41,899 nt of DNA from Nitrospina sp. GTDB lineage: Bacteria > Nitrospinota > Nitrospinia > Nitrospinales > VA-1. Shown one piece after another: positions 10,301 to 18,359 of the stretch (position 1 is the stretch's first letter; each line of letters starts with the position of its first letter). The translations under genes and the position numbers were made by a program. The stretch covers positions 1-41,899 of the forward strand of contig JABIXH010000296.1 in the NCBI GenBank assembly GCA_018664975.1, written 5' to 3'. The notes under the pieces are model-generated. The model did not search any database. It was not told the DNA's origin and was given only the letters and a program-made list of their open reading frames with translations.

Positions 10301-10763
10301 CAAGGTTTGGCAAGGGTTGGGATTACTGGCTCTTTATAAAAAAGATATTAAACGTGCAGATATTAGTTTTAATAAATCCCTGGAATGTGACCCCAGGAAC
10401 GATAAGGCATTATGTGGCCTGGGGATGTTGAGGGTTAATAGAGAAGACCTTGATGGGGCTGTTGAATATTTTTGTCGCGCTTTGGAAATTAATCCTGACA
10501 ATATTTCCGCTTGTAAATATCTTTTGGAGTTGTCCTATAAACTGGAAAGATTTGAGGCGATTGAAAGGCATTTAAATATATTCATGGAATTTCATCCCGG
10601 AAATCTCAATATGCTTTTTGCTTTAGCCGGGGTTCAGTACAAACTCGGAAAACTTGAAGAATCGATTAATAACCTGGAATGCATTCTTACCTTGGACCCA
10701 GAACACGAATCGGCAATTGAATTAATTGAAACTGTTAAATCTGATCTAGTTCCTAGTAAATAA
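7380..10763 (+). CDS. 1127-aa four-module protein: GT1/GT4-like glycosyltransferase, CgeB-like (DUF3880/Glyco_trans_1_2) glycosyltransferase, class I SAM methyltransferase and TPR array
   Basis: Module 1 carries EDGYNLSMLEAMATGMPVISS. Module 2 carries FDVGFVGS...DLNMRVFEALCSGSLLVTD. Module 3 carries ILEIGCGSGRTG...FADVLEHLVDP...THLRFFT. The C-terminal 230 aa are TPR repeats. Confidence 0.8.
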   Translation: MKFKILSFNWHEPYLCLLARLGYEFQIIEPEVAPGHYRRWDKNMRPVPENVRLISMATAQEMLELGEFDLIIAHNIKDLIAVKDYSLPKIIVFHNCLTTEIELGKAKVCRKEYLEKIDFLLEGVQKVFISEKKRQDWGASGEVILPGLDISDYGGYRGESERVLQVGNMLQERDLMMGYSVSKRIIGTHPLTTLGLNPSIPGSRLSEGFQDLIENFRSSRVFINTTVEEFEDGYNLSMLEAMATGMPVISSANKSSPIIDGKNGYISNDIKYLNQRIDFLLRNPDEARKLGEKAKETVKEKFPLTRFLQSWRRVIEKSALDYLERTVINLKNTNQPFKEKIRKNILMDFVSYPATTAYFLERAFRQKHNVITCGSQINDQIIKLWNLEDLNWEITPQDLYRGNTTPLQKVMEELPEGWQPDFYLWIETGLSDIPSDLGSFDLPKVCYLIDTHIHYERHLEIAENFDFVFLAQKAYVPQMVRAGIKNVMWLPLACDPEIHAKVEVEKEFDVGFVGSISLTPDRRRNLLERLQKQFDLKPQRKFMNEMAEHYSKSHIIFNNAINNDLNMRVFEALCSGSLLVTDSAPGSGLDELFLDKKHLVIYQDENLEEVVSYYLQNKEHRERISIEGRKEVLARHTYGHRTDAIIKFLNENITGVEKEKPASMEEKPISYYENIRNDLIPLVPSDANCILEIGCGSGRTGLELKKQYGAFVAGVELNPVAANLANEVLDDVVQGNIESIDLPYGSGSFDCIMFADVLEHLVDPLSVLMKVRPLLKYGGTVVTSIPNVQFHGVIHQLVEGNWTYEKEGILDETHLRFFTYKEIGKMFVKAGYSIQHIEEVIDPQYEQFSLSNTNVLNFGRTQIKDLSPEEFKQFFVFQYLLRAKPTNVNENEVNDMFQKEETLFEIDNILLDASKASEAGEHETALKLYTEVIKLSSDNVQALLGMGNTNMKLQLPDKAEAFFELACLKDPNNSKVWQGLGLLALYKKDIKRADISFNKSLECDPRNDKALCGLGMLRVNREDLDGAVEYFCRALEINPDNISACKYLLELSYKLERFEAIERHLNIFMEFHPGNLNMLFALAGVQYKLGKLEESINNLECILTLDPEHESAIELIETVKSDLVPSK

Positions 10764-10772
10764 AATATTCTT

Positions 10773-12566
10773 ATGGATTTTTTTGAGCAAAATTTAAAAC
10801 ATTTACGTCTCTACGACCCCGATCTGGCAGAACGTGTTGCTCTACAGCCTTTTCCTGAGAATGTAAGCGTTATCCAATCAAAAGATGGGTTTCCCGTTCC
10901 CAGAATTGCCGGGGCATTATTGCATAGCCAATACCGCCCGATTGAAGAAGGGAAGAAGGCCATTGAAAAATTCGAGTTTGACCCGGAACAAAAAACAGTT
11001 ATATACGGATTAGGATTTGGTTACCACATCCAGTCTTTACTGCTTAAGTGCCCCGGGAAGTTGATCGTTGTAGAGCCATTGATGACCCTATTCAGGGCAT
11101 TTATGACATCCATGGATATACAGCCTTTTATATCCCGGGTACGCTTTAGGATTGGGGAAACGCCGGCATGCCTTATTTCCCGATTGGAACCGGATTGTTG
11201 GAATATTTTCAAGCATCTTCCCTCCATTAGAATTGGGGAAACCTACTACAACAGGCTGGATGAAGGACTTGAAGTAAGAAACCTCCTTCAACTGCGCTCT
11301 CTCAAAGTGATGATTGTTAACCCCATTTATGGAGGTTCACTGCCAACGGCCCATCATTGTGCTGGAGCTTTCAGGAATTTAGGACATGAGGTTGCTACGG
11401 TAGATTGTGAAGAATTCGCGCAAGGATTTTTTTCTTTAAAGAGTGTGACTCGAAACCCTGATAATTCTGAAATTCTTTCCCGAAATTTTATGAGTTTTAT
11501 GGGTGAAATAGCCGCCGCCAAAGCCGCAGAATTTAAACCGGATATTATTTTGGCACTCGCTCAGGCCCCTCTGGCCCCGGAGGCCATTCAAAAACTTAAG
11601 GCACTGGGAGTTCCAGTCGTTTTCTGGTTCGTGGAAGATTTTAGGACTTTGACTTATTGGGATGAAATAGCCACTTCTTATGACCATCTTTTTACATTGC
11701 AGGCCGGTGAATTCCACGATTCATTAAGATCTAAGGGAGTAAGGGATTGTTATTACCTGCCGCAGGCTTGCTTCCCGGACATTCACAAACCTATAGATGA
11801 GACGGACAGGGATACAGCTAGGTATAAGGCTGATTTATCTTTTATGGGGGCCGCTTATCATAATCGGGTTCAATCTTTTCCACGCCTGATGAATTTTGAC
11901 TTTAAAATTTGGGGAACAGGTTGGAATTTAGAAACACCGTTGGGACGCTTAGTTCAAAATAATAATGAACGATTGTCTACAACTGAAATAGTTAATATTT
12001 ATAATGGAGCCAAAATAAACCTCAACCTGCATTCTTCTACCTATCATTATGGCATTAATCCTGATGGAGATTTTTTGAACCCACGCACTTTTGAAATTTC
12101 TGCTTGTCAAGGATTCCAACTGGTGGATTCTCGTAAAGATTTATCGCGAATGTTTAAAGTTGGTGAGGAGGTAATCACGTTTGATACGCTTGATCAAATG
12201 CGGGATCAAATCGAATATTATCTTTCTAATCCTGAGGAAAGAAATACAATTGCTTTAAAATCCTACCACCGAGTTCTGAATGAACATACCATGGAACATC
12301 GTATGCAGGAGTTATTGCTACATGTTTTTCTGGATCGCAAATCGGCTCTTGATTCCATCAGAGATACTCAATGTGATCCTCTAGATTATTGCATTGAACA
12401 AGCTGGTGAAAATTCTGAATTGGGAAAATATTTGAATCAGTTTAAGGGCCAAGTCCCATTTTCTTTAAAGACGGTGATTGATCATATCCATCAGGGAGAG
12501 GGAGCTCTGGATCAAAAGGAGACTCTTTTTTTGATGTTGGATCAGATTGTAAAGGAGAAAGTTTGA
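10773..12566 (+). CDS. Maf-like N-terminal module fused to a CgeB-like (DUF3880/Glyco_trans_1_2) glycosyltransferase
   Basis: The N-terminus (FFEQNLKHLRLYDPDLAERV...VIYGLGFGYHIQSLL...LIVVEP) resembles motility-accessory-factor/DUF115 proteins. The C-terminal half (DLSFMGAAY, YNGAKINLNLHS, NPRTFEISACQGFQLVD) resembles CgeB-type GTs. Confidence 0.65.
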   Translation: MDFFEQNLKHLRLYDPDLAERVALQPFPENVSVIQSKDGFPVPRIAGALLHSQYRPIEEGKKAIEKFEFDPEQKTVIYGLGFGYHIQSLLLKCPGKLIVVEPLMTLFRAFMTSMDIQPFISRVRFRIGETPACLISRLEPDCWNIFKHLPSIRIGETYYNRLDEGLEVRNLLQLRSLKVMIVNPIYGGSLPTAHHCAGAFRNLGHEVATVDCEEFAQGFFSLKSVTRNPDNSEILSRNFMSFMGEIAAAKAAEFKPDIILALAQAPLAPEAIQKLKALGVPVVFWFVEDFRTLTYWDEIATSYDHLFTLQAGEFHDSLRSKGVRDCYYLPQACFPDIHKPIDETDRDTARYKADLSFMGAAYHNRVQSFPRLMNFDFKIWGTGWNLETPLGRLVQNNNERLSTTEIVNIYNGAKINLNLHSSTYHYGINPDGDFLNPRTFEISACQGFQLVDSRKDLSRMFKVGEEVITFDTLDQMRDQIEYYLSNPEERNTIALKSYHRVLNEHTMEHRMQELLLHVFLDRKSALDSIRDTQCDPLDYCIEQAGENSELGKYLNQFKGQVPFSLKTVIDHIHQGEGALDQKETLFLMLDQIVKEKV

Positions 12567-14314
12567 TCGTGGCTAAAAATATATTAATTCTAAGTATGAC
12601 CCGAATGGGAGATATGATTCAGACAACTCCCCTGATTAAGGGTTTGAAAGAAAAATATCCCTCAGCCAAGATCACTCTTTTGGTCACCAGTGATTTTTCC
12701 AGTGCCGTGTCTCTGATACCTGAGGTCGATGAATCTATAGTTGTGAATTTGAGACAGTTTGATAATCAAGAAGTTTGGGAAGACCTTTCCTGGATTAAAA
12801 TATACCGTTATCTTGAAGATACATTGGGAGATATTAAAGGTAGAAGTTTTGATTTGCTAGTAAATTTAAGCCATTCAAAATTCAGTGCCCTTATGGTTCG
12901 TTATTTGGGAGCTAAAAATATAGTTGGCTTTTATTGTAACGATTTTGGAAATCGTATGACAGGCCACCCTTGGATGCAGTATTTCAGTGTAGAAATATTC
13001 AATCGTAACTATAATGAGTTTAATCTTGTTGAGATATTTTCAAGGAGTGGAGGTGTTGATGCAAAGGGTCGTTCCATTGCTGTGACCCCCTCGCACGATG
13101 AACTTTCACTTGGTACCTTAATTCCGCCTGAGTTCAATGAAGGCGAGGTCTTGATTGGTATTCAAGCCGGATCCAGTCTGGAAGGTCGGCGGTGGCCCGT
13201 GCAATCATTTGCGGCATTGGCTGATCAGTTAATAGAAAATATTAATGCGCGAATATTGATATTTGGTGTGGAGTCTGAAAATGCAGTGGCTGAAGATGTA
13301 TTAAGTTTTGTTGAAAATAAGGATAAGGTCGTAAACCTTGCCGGCAAAACAACCCTCAGTCAGTTATCGGGATTGTTGGAAAAATGCCAATATTTAGTCA
13401 CTAATGATACCGGAACGATGCATTTGGCTGCGGCCTTGGGAACTAAAATCGTAGGACTCTTTTTTGCCCATGCGCATCCGTATGAAACGGCACCATTTTC
13501 TCCGGGGCATTTGATATTCCAGGCAAGAATTTCTTGTGCACCCTGTAGTTATGGAGTGCACTGCAACAATATAGTTTGTATTGACAAGGTAAACCCCCAA
13601 GACCTTTCTTCGGTGATTGAGAGTCATATAATAACTAAATCATGGGTTCTTCCTGAGCAAGTTAATACAAAATCTGAATTAAACGTATATGAAACCGTTT
13701 TTGATTTTGATGATAATTTCCAATTACGGCCTCTTGTAAAGCACAGGTTACAAATAGATGATATGTTCCGGACGGCCTATACCCTTTTGTGGAGGAATAG
13801 TCTTGACGAAAAAATGAAGGCAAATGATTTCGAATTCCTCATAAATGGGGTTTGCGAAAACTTGAATCGTGATTATGATTGTACTGATATAGATTCGGTG
13901 GATGAACAATTAGAAAAAAAATATTTAGCTTTAGAGGAGATTGTGAAACTTGCATTTAAAGGAAGGAAGCAATGTGGGAACCTCATCAGAGAAGTTTCTG
14001 GTATAAAGGGGAGTCCAGACAAAATTGCTCAGTCTAGTGCTGAAATTACACGCATTGATGAGAAGATTGAAGAATTGGGGCTTACTAACCCCGAATTGCG
14101 TCCTTTATCTGATATGTTCAGTAAAAGAAAAGAAAATTTTGCAGGTAACAATGTTTGTCTTTTGGCTATTGAAACCCGGAAGGAATACAATAATTTGATC
14201 GATGAATGTGAAAAGCTGAGTACTATTTTAAATAGTTGTCGGAAAAAATTGACGGGCACCAAGCCTTGCTATATTTCGCATGATTCCATTAATGTGGCGG
14301 TTCCCGGTAGGTAG
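12563..14314 (+). CDS. glycosyltransferase family 9 (heptosyltransferase-like) with a C-terminal extension of about 230 aa
   Basis: GT9 hallmarks: ILILSMTRMGDMIQTTPLIKGLKEKYP near the N-terminus and TNDTGTMHLAAALGTKIVGLF. The listed TTG start overlaps the upstream stop, and GTG at 12569 is an alternative. Confidence 0.8.
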   Translation: MIVAKNILILSMTRMGDMIQTTPLIKGLKEKYPSAKITLLVTSDFSSAVSLIPEVDESIVVNLRQFDNQEVWEDLSWIKIYRYLEDTLGDIKGRSFDLLVNLSHSKFSALMVRYLGAKNIVGFYCNDFGNRMTGHPWMQYFSVEIFNRNYNEFNLVEIFSRSGGVDAKGRSIAVTPSHDELSLGTLIPPEFNEGEVLIGIQAGSSLEGRRWPVQSFAALADQLIENINARILIFGVESENAVAEDVLSFVENKDKVVNLAGKTTLSQLSGLLEKCQYLVTNDTGTMHLAAALGTKIVGLFFAHAHPYETAPFSPGHLIFQARISCAPCSYGVHCNNIVCIDKVNPQDLSSVIESHIITKSWVLPEQVNTKSELNVYETVFDFDDNFQLRPLVKHRLQIDDMFRTAYTLLWRNSLDEKMKANDFEFLINGVCENLNRDYDCTDIDSVDEQLEKKYLALEEIVKLAFKGRKQCGNLIREVSGIKGSPDKIAQSSAEITRIDEKIEELGLTNPELRPLSDMFSKRKENFAGNNVCLLAIETRKEYNNLIDECEKLSTILNSCRKKLTGTKPCYISHDSINVAVPGR

Positions 14315-15828
14315 GAAGCCATATCCCCCTTTGCTTTCTCTTTTAAAAAACCATGTAGGAATTCGAGAGAGGCACCTCCCCCTGTGGAGACGAAAAAGTT
14401 TTTGGCGAAATAATTCCATAATTGGTATGCATCATTTTCAAGGAAGTCGATGGATATTTGATTGCGATTAATGGTCGGGTGAAATTGTTTTTCAATTTGA
14501 AGTTTGATCATTTTTTTTAATTCGGTAATTCCTATTTTGTTGAGAATTGCCGCAGAATCTCCTCCTCCAATAACTACAGACATTTTAGGATTTGATAGAG
14601 CTGATTGAAAAAGCAATTTTGCTAATTCCAAAGACCCTTCTGCATAATAACTGCAAGCAGGGTGGTCGTAGGCACCCAAGGGTCCGTTCCAGAATACATT
14701 TTCGATATCCTTGAAAAGATCTTCAAATTGAGCAATTGTTTTTTCTCCTAAATCCAACTGTAGCTCTTTGGAGAAGTCGGGCGAACTTTTATTTTCAAAA
14801 ATTGTGCTTTGAAAATCCGTGACTATTTTATAGTCTTCGGGTAAGCACAGGCTTACTTTGTTGACCTCAGCGAGTTCAATGATTTTTTCAGCGAGGTTGA
14901 TTTCGTTTAGAAGTTCTATGTTTTCATTATCGGCCTGGCTTTGTAATTTTGTGGGTAAGGTGTCTTTTTGAAAAGGTTTTAATAATTCCTTTTGTTGTTG
15001 GGCTAAAAGGAAAGCGTTGGCCATTTTTCCACCGATTAAAATGGTTTTAACTCCGGTAGAAACAAATTGTTTCAAAATTTCAATTTTATCCGATACCTTA
15101 GCTCCCCCTGCTACGACCAGGGTTTTTCTGGGCTTGGATAAAACTTTGCTGCCAAACTTCCCAAGACGGGCAATTTCTTCGTAAAGGAGAACACCTGATA
15201 CCACCGGTTTGCCTTTTCGCCGCATTAATTGAGGTAAAAGCTTAATGCTCTTGGTCACTCGATGACTACAGCCAAATGCGCAGTTTATATAGACATCCGC
15301 TATATCCGCCAATTGGGTGATAATTTCTGTACGGTAGATGTCTGTGTTCTTTGGGTCTAAAAGATATCGCAAATTAGGAAGAAATTTGATTCCACCTGGC
15401 GGTAAACGTTTATGCGATACAATTTCCAAAGAATGTTGCATATGGGAGTCAATCGTTTCAGGCGGAAAAATAGTGTAAGTGTCACCATAAATCCTGCGAA
15501 TCAAAGTGTCAAAATGAGAGGAAACAAATTGTATGTTGAAGATACCATCCCATCCAGAATGGTCTTTAGTTTTATGAGGTCGACCTAAGTGCGAACCTAT
15601 AATCATTCGACAGTCACCTTCTGTTAATTCATGAATTTTTCTGAAGGTGAGATCCAGAAAACGCCGGATTCGGGTATCATCTGCGACTCGATATAATCCT
15701 TTCGCGGTGGACCGCAAAGGAACGTTAAAATCACACCGGATAAATATAGTTTTGCCTCTTAAATCATCCGATTTCAATTCTGCCAATTGGGTCATTCCAA
15801 TTGAATTTGTCGAACTTGAGTTTGCCAT
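14269..15828 (-). CDS. pgk: phosphoglycerate kinase homologue, unusually long (519 aa) and divergent
   Basis: PGK motifs present: CDFNVPL, GSHLGRP, VVAGGAKVSDKI, LIGGKMANAF, FWNGPLG, VIGGGDSAA, STGGGASLEFL. AGGAA lies 6 nt before the ATG. Several insertions relative to the usual PGK of about 395 aa. Confidence 0.8.
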   Translation of the reverse strand: MANSSSTNSIGMTQLAELKSDDLRGKTIFIRCDFNVPLRSTAKGLYRVADDTRIRRFLDLTFRKIHELTEGDCRMIIGSHLGRPHKTKDHSGWDGIFNIQFVSSHFDTLIRRIYGDTYTIFPPETIDSHMQHSLEIVSHKRLPPGGIKFLPNLRYLLDPKNTDIYRTEIITQLADIADVYINCAFGCSHRVTKSIKLLPQLMRRKGKPVVSGVLLYEEIARLGKFGSKVLSKPRKTLVVAGGAKVSDKIEILKQFVSTGVKTILIGGKMANAFLLAQQQKELLKPFQKDTLPTKLQSQADNENIELLNEINLAEKIIELAEVNKVSLCLPEDYKIVTDFQSTIFENKSSPDFSKELQLDLGEKTIAQFEDLFKDIENVFWNGPLGAYDHPACSYYAEGSLELAKLLFQSALSNPKMSVVIGGGDSAAILNKIGITELKKMIKLQIEKQFHPTINRNQISIDFLENDAYQLWNYFAKNFFVSTGGGASLEFLHGFLKEKAKGDMASYLPGTATLMESCEI

Positions 15829-16358
15829 CGTGATTTCCTGTTGTATTGAATCGCCGATTTACAAAAAGCGGTTGTTTTCAGCAATTTATGCCGATAATTC
15901 TGCTATAAGTATTTAACGGGATTATTCGTCAATTCAATAATAAAGTTTTCCTTCTTTTTGATAAGAATGGTATGATTAAGAGTGAATGAATTTTGAGCCT
16001 GCCTGAAAATAATAATTTGTGCCAGATTAACCTGGCTTTGTTTATAGATGAGTTGAAAAAAAATTATTTTGAAAGAGTGAGTAGTATCTCGAAAGATATA
16101 GTTTTTATTAAAATTTAGAAAATTTAAATAACACTTTTATAGGCTTTCCAACAGGAAAAACCAACCCTAAACACAGATTTCTTCTTTCCTCACCAAGACC
16201 GTTAAACTGTGATCCCGACCGCCACAAAAATTAAATTAGTATTTAATTATTTGAATTATAAAGGTTAATTTTGCATATATCAACCTTTTGAGTATTTGGC
16301 CGGACTTCAAACCCACCTTTGGTGATTACCTGCAAAGAAGAGTCAGGAAGAATTTCTA

Positions 16359-18356
16359 ATGAGAAAAAGTAAATCAAACAAAAAAGTAATGTTAATCAAT
16401 GCCCAGCACCCTGAAGAATGCCGGGTGGTTGTCCTGGATAATAATGTTATTCAGGACTATATCGTTGAACATTCCTCGCGAGAGCAGATCAAAGGGAATG
16501 TTTATCTTGGCGTGATCAATCGAGTTGAGCCGTCTATTGAAGCGGCTTTTGTCGATTTTGGTGGTAAAAAATTTGGTTTTTTACCCTTCAAGGATGTTTT
16601 AAGGGAATCTTATGTCCACACAGGCGAGAAAAAGGCAAAAGTAAGAATTCAGGATGTTCTAATTCGAGGCCAGCGTATTTTGGTTCAGGTGGCAAAAGAG
16701 AGCAGAGATGCCAAAGGTCCTTCCTTAACCAATGCGATGAGTTTGGCCGGAAGGTTCCTGGTTTTAATGCAGGGGCATGGGAGTGCAGTTTCCCGAAAAA
16801 TTGAGGATGAAAGTGAGAGGAAAAAACTTAAGGATATTGTCGCAGATTTTAATTTACCAGAAAATCTGGGGATTATTATTCGCACTGCCGGATTAGGTCA
16901 AACTAAGATCGAATTGCAAAAAGATGTGCAGATGTTACTGAAGATTTGGAACACAATTGAAGATGGACAAAAGAATGAATCTGCCTCAGCCCCATTTTTA
17001 ATTTATCAGGAACCTGGGTTAGTTGTAAGGACGGTTCGGGATCATTTTAGCAGTGATACTTCTCAAATCATCGTTGACAACGCTGAATCTTATAAAGATT
17101 TAAAAGATTTCGTGAAACTCGTAATGCCTCGCAACCGAAATCTGGTCAAGTTTTATAAGGAAACGAAGCCTCTATTTTCTGAATACCACGTAGAAGAACA
17201 GATTGAATCGATTTATCAGCGTAAGGTTTTATTGCCTTCAGGAGGATCCATTGTGATTGATATTGGTGAAGCAATGGTTTCTATAGATGTGAACTCGGGT
17301 AAAACAAAAGGTGGCTTGGACTTGGAAGAAACGGCTGTAACAACTAATCTTGAGGCCGCTACAGAAGTTGCAAGACAACTCAGATTGAGAGACCTGGGAG
17401 GCTTAATCGTTATTGATTTTATCGATATGTTCCAAAAACGGAACAAGGCCGCCGTGGAGAAAGAGGTTAAGCAAGCTTGCAAAACGGACAAGGCTCGAAT
17501 AAATATATCTCGGATTTCAAAGTTTGGTTTGCTGGAAATGTCCAGACAACGAATCTCCCCGCCTGTTAAAGAGGGGGTTTTTACTCAGTGTGGACAATGC
17601 GAAGGAACAGGACTAGTTCGGTCCATGGACTCCATTATTCTTAATGTTTTACGGAAAATCCATGAAATAATTGCAAAGGAAAAGGTCAAAGTGCTTACTC
17701 TGGAGGTTTCTCCTGAAGTCTCTAATTACTTTTTAAATCACAAATTAAATATTTTGGCGGAATTAAAAAATAAGCATTTGGTCGATTTCCGTTTTCAAAT
17801 TGCACATGGGTTATCTTATGAAAATTTTAAATTTAATGTTTCGGAAGTATGGGAAAGTGAGATTGTTCCAGAGGCAAAATCATCTGAAAAATCCGAAGCA
17901 TCTACTGATCCTAATAAATCAGTAAGACGGACTCAGAAAAGTGCGAGTGGGCGGGAGGATACAGATAAAAGTGCGAGTGGGCGAGAAGGTACAGAAAAAA
18001 CCGAGAGTGGGGCACAGGAAAGCGCAGAAAAGAAAGAGCCCGGAAATGCCAAGCCTAATGCCAAAAGAAGGTATACCCGTCGAAAACCCGCTGCCCGGAA
18101 GGGTCCTCCAAGGGGCAGATATCGACGTCCGAACCAAACTTCAAAATCATCAGAAGCGGAAACGAATCAAAATGCTTCTTCAGACTCTAAGGTTGAGCCA
18201 AATACAGGGAATGCTGAAATGCCTAAAGATAATAATCCATCAGACCTTAGTTTACCAATTCCTCCCATGCCTATGCCTTATGTGCGAGAAGGCTCGAATC
18301 TGGGGGGCGAGCCGCCTCTATCGAACGAACCGGCGAAAGACGGGGCAGGGGACTAA
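16359..18356 (+). CDS. rne: ribonuclease E (RNase E/G family) with a basic, low-complexity C-terminal tail
   Basis: S1 domain (GNVYLGVINRVEPSIEAAFVDFGG), catalytic core (SIVIDIGEAMVSIDVNSG, GGLIVIDFIDM) and a Zn-link motif (CGQCEGTG). An arginine-rich segment (RRYTRRKPAARKGPPRGRYRRP) sits in the roughly 160-aa tail. Confidence 0.85.
   Translation: MRKSKSNKKVMLINAQHPEECRVVVLDNNVIQDYIVEHSSREQIKGNVYLGVINRVEPSIEAAFVDFGGKKFGFLPFKDVLRESYVHTGEKKAKVRIQDVLIRGQRILVQVAKESRDAKGPSLTNAMSLAGRFLVLMQGHGSAVSRKIEDESERKKLKDIVADFNLPENLGIIIRTAGLGQTKIELQKDVQMLLKIWNTIEDGQKNESASAPFLIYQEPGLVVRTVRDHFSSDTSQIIVDNAESYKDLKDFVKLVMPRNRNLVKFYKETKPLFSEYHVEEQIESIYQRKVLLPSGGSIVIDIGEAMVSIDVNSGKTKGGLDLEETAVTTNLEAATEVARQLRLRDLGGLIVIDFIDMFQKRNKAAVEKEVKQACKTDKARINISRISKFGLLEMSRQRISPPVKEGVFTQCGQCEGTGLVRSMDSIILNVLRKIHEIIAKEKVKVLTLEVSPEVSNYFLNHKLNILAELKNKHLVDFRFQIAHGLSYENFKFNVSEVWESEIVPEAKSSEKSEASTDPNKSVRRTQKSASGREDTDKSASGREGTEKTESGAQESAEKKEPGNAKPNAKRRYTRRKPAARKGPPRGRYRRPNQTSKSSEAETNQNASSDSKVEPNTGNAEMPKDNNPSDLSLPIPPMPMPYVREGSNLGGEPPLSNEPAKDGAGD
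17937..17996 (+). repeat. in-frame tandem 30-bp direct repeat (2 units, 26/30 identical, plus a degenerate third unit to about 18029) inside the rne tail
   Basis: The units are aaaagtgcgagtgggcgggaggatacagat and aaaagtgcgagtgggcgagaaggtacagaa. They encode KSASGREDTD and KSASGREGTE. Confidence 0.85.
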
Positions 18357-18359
18357 AAA

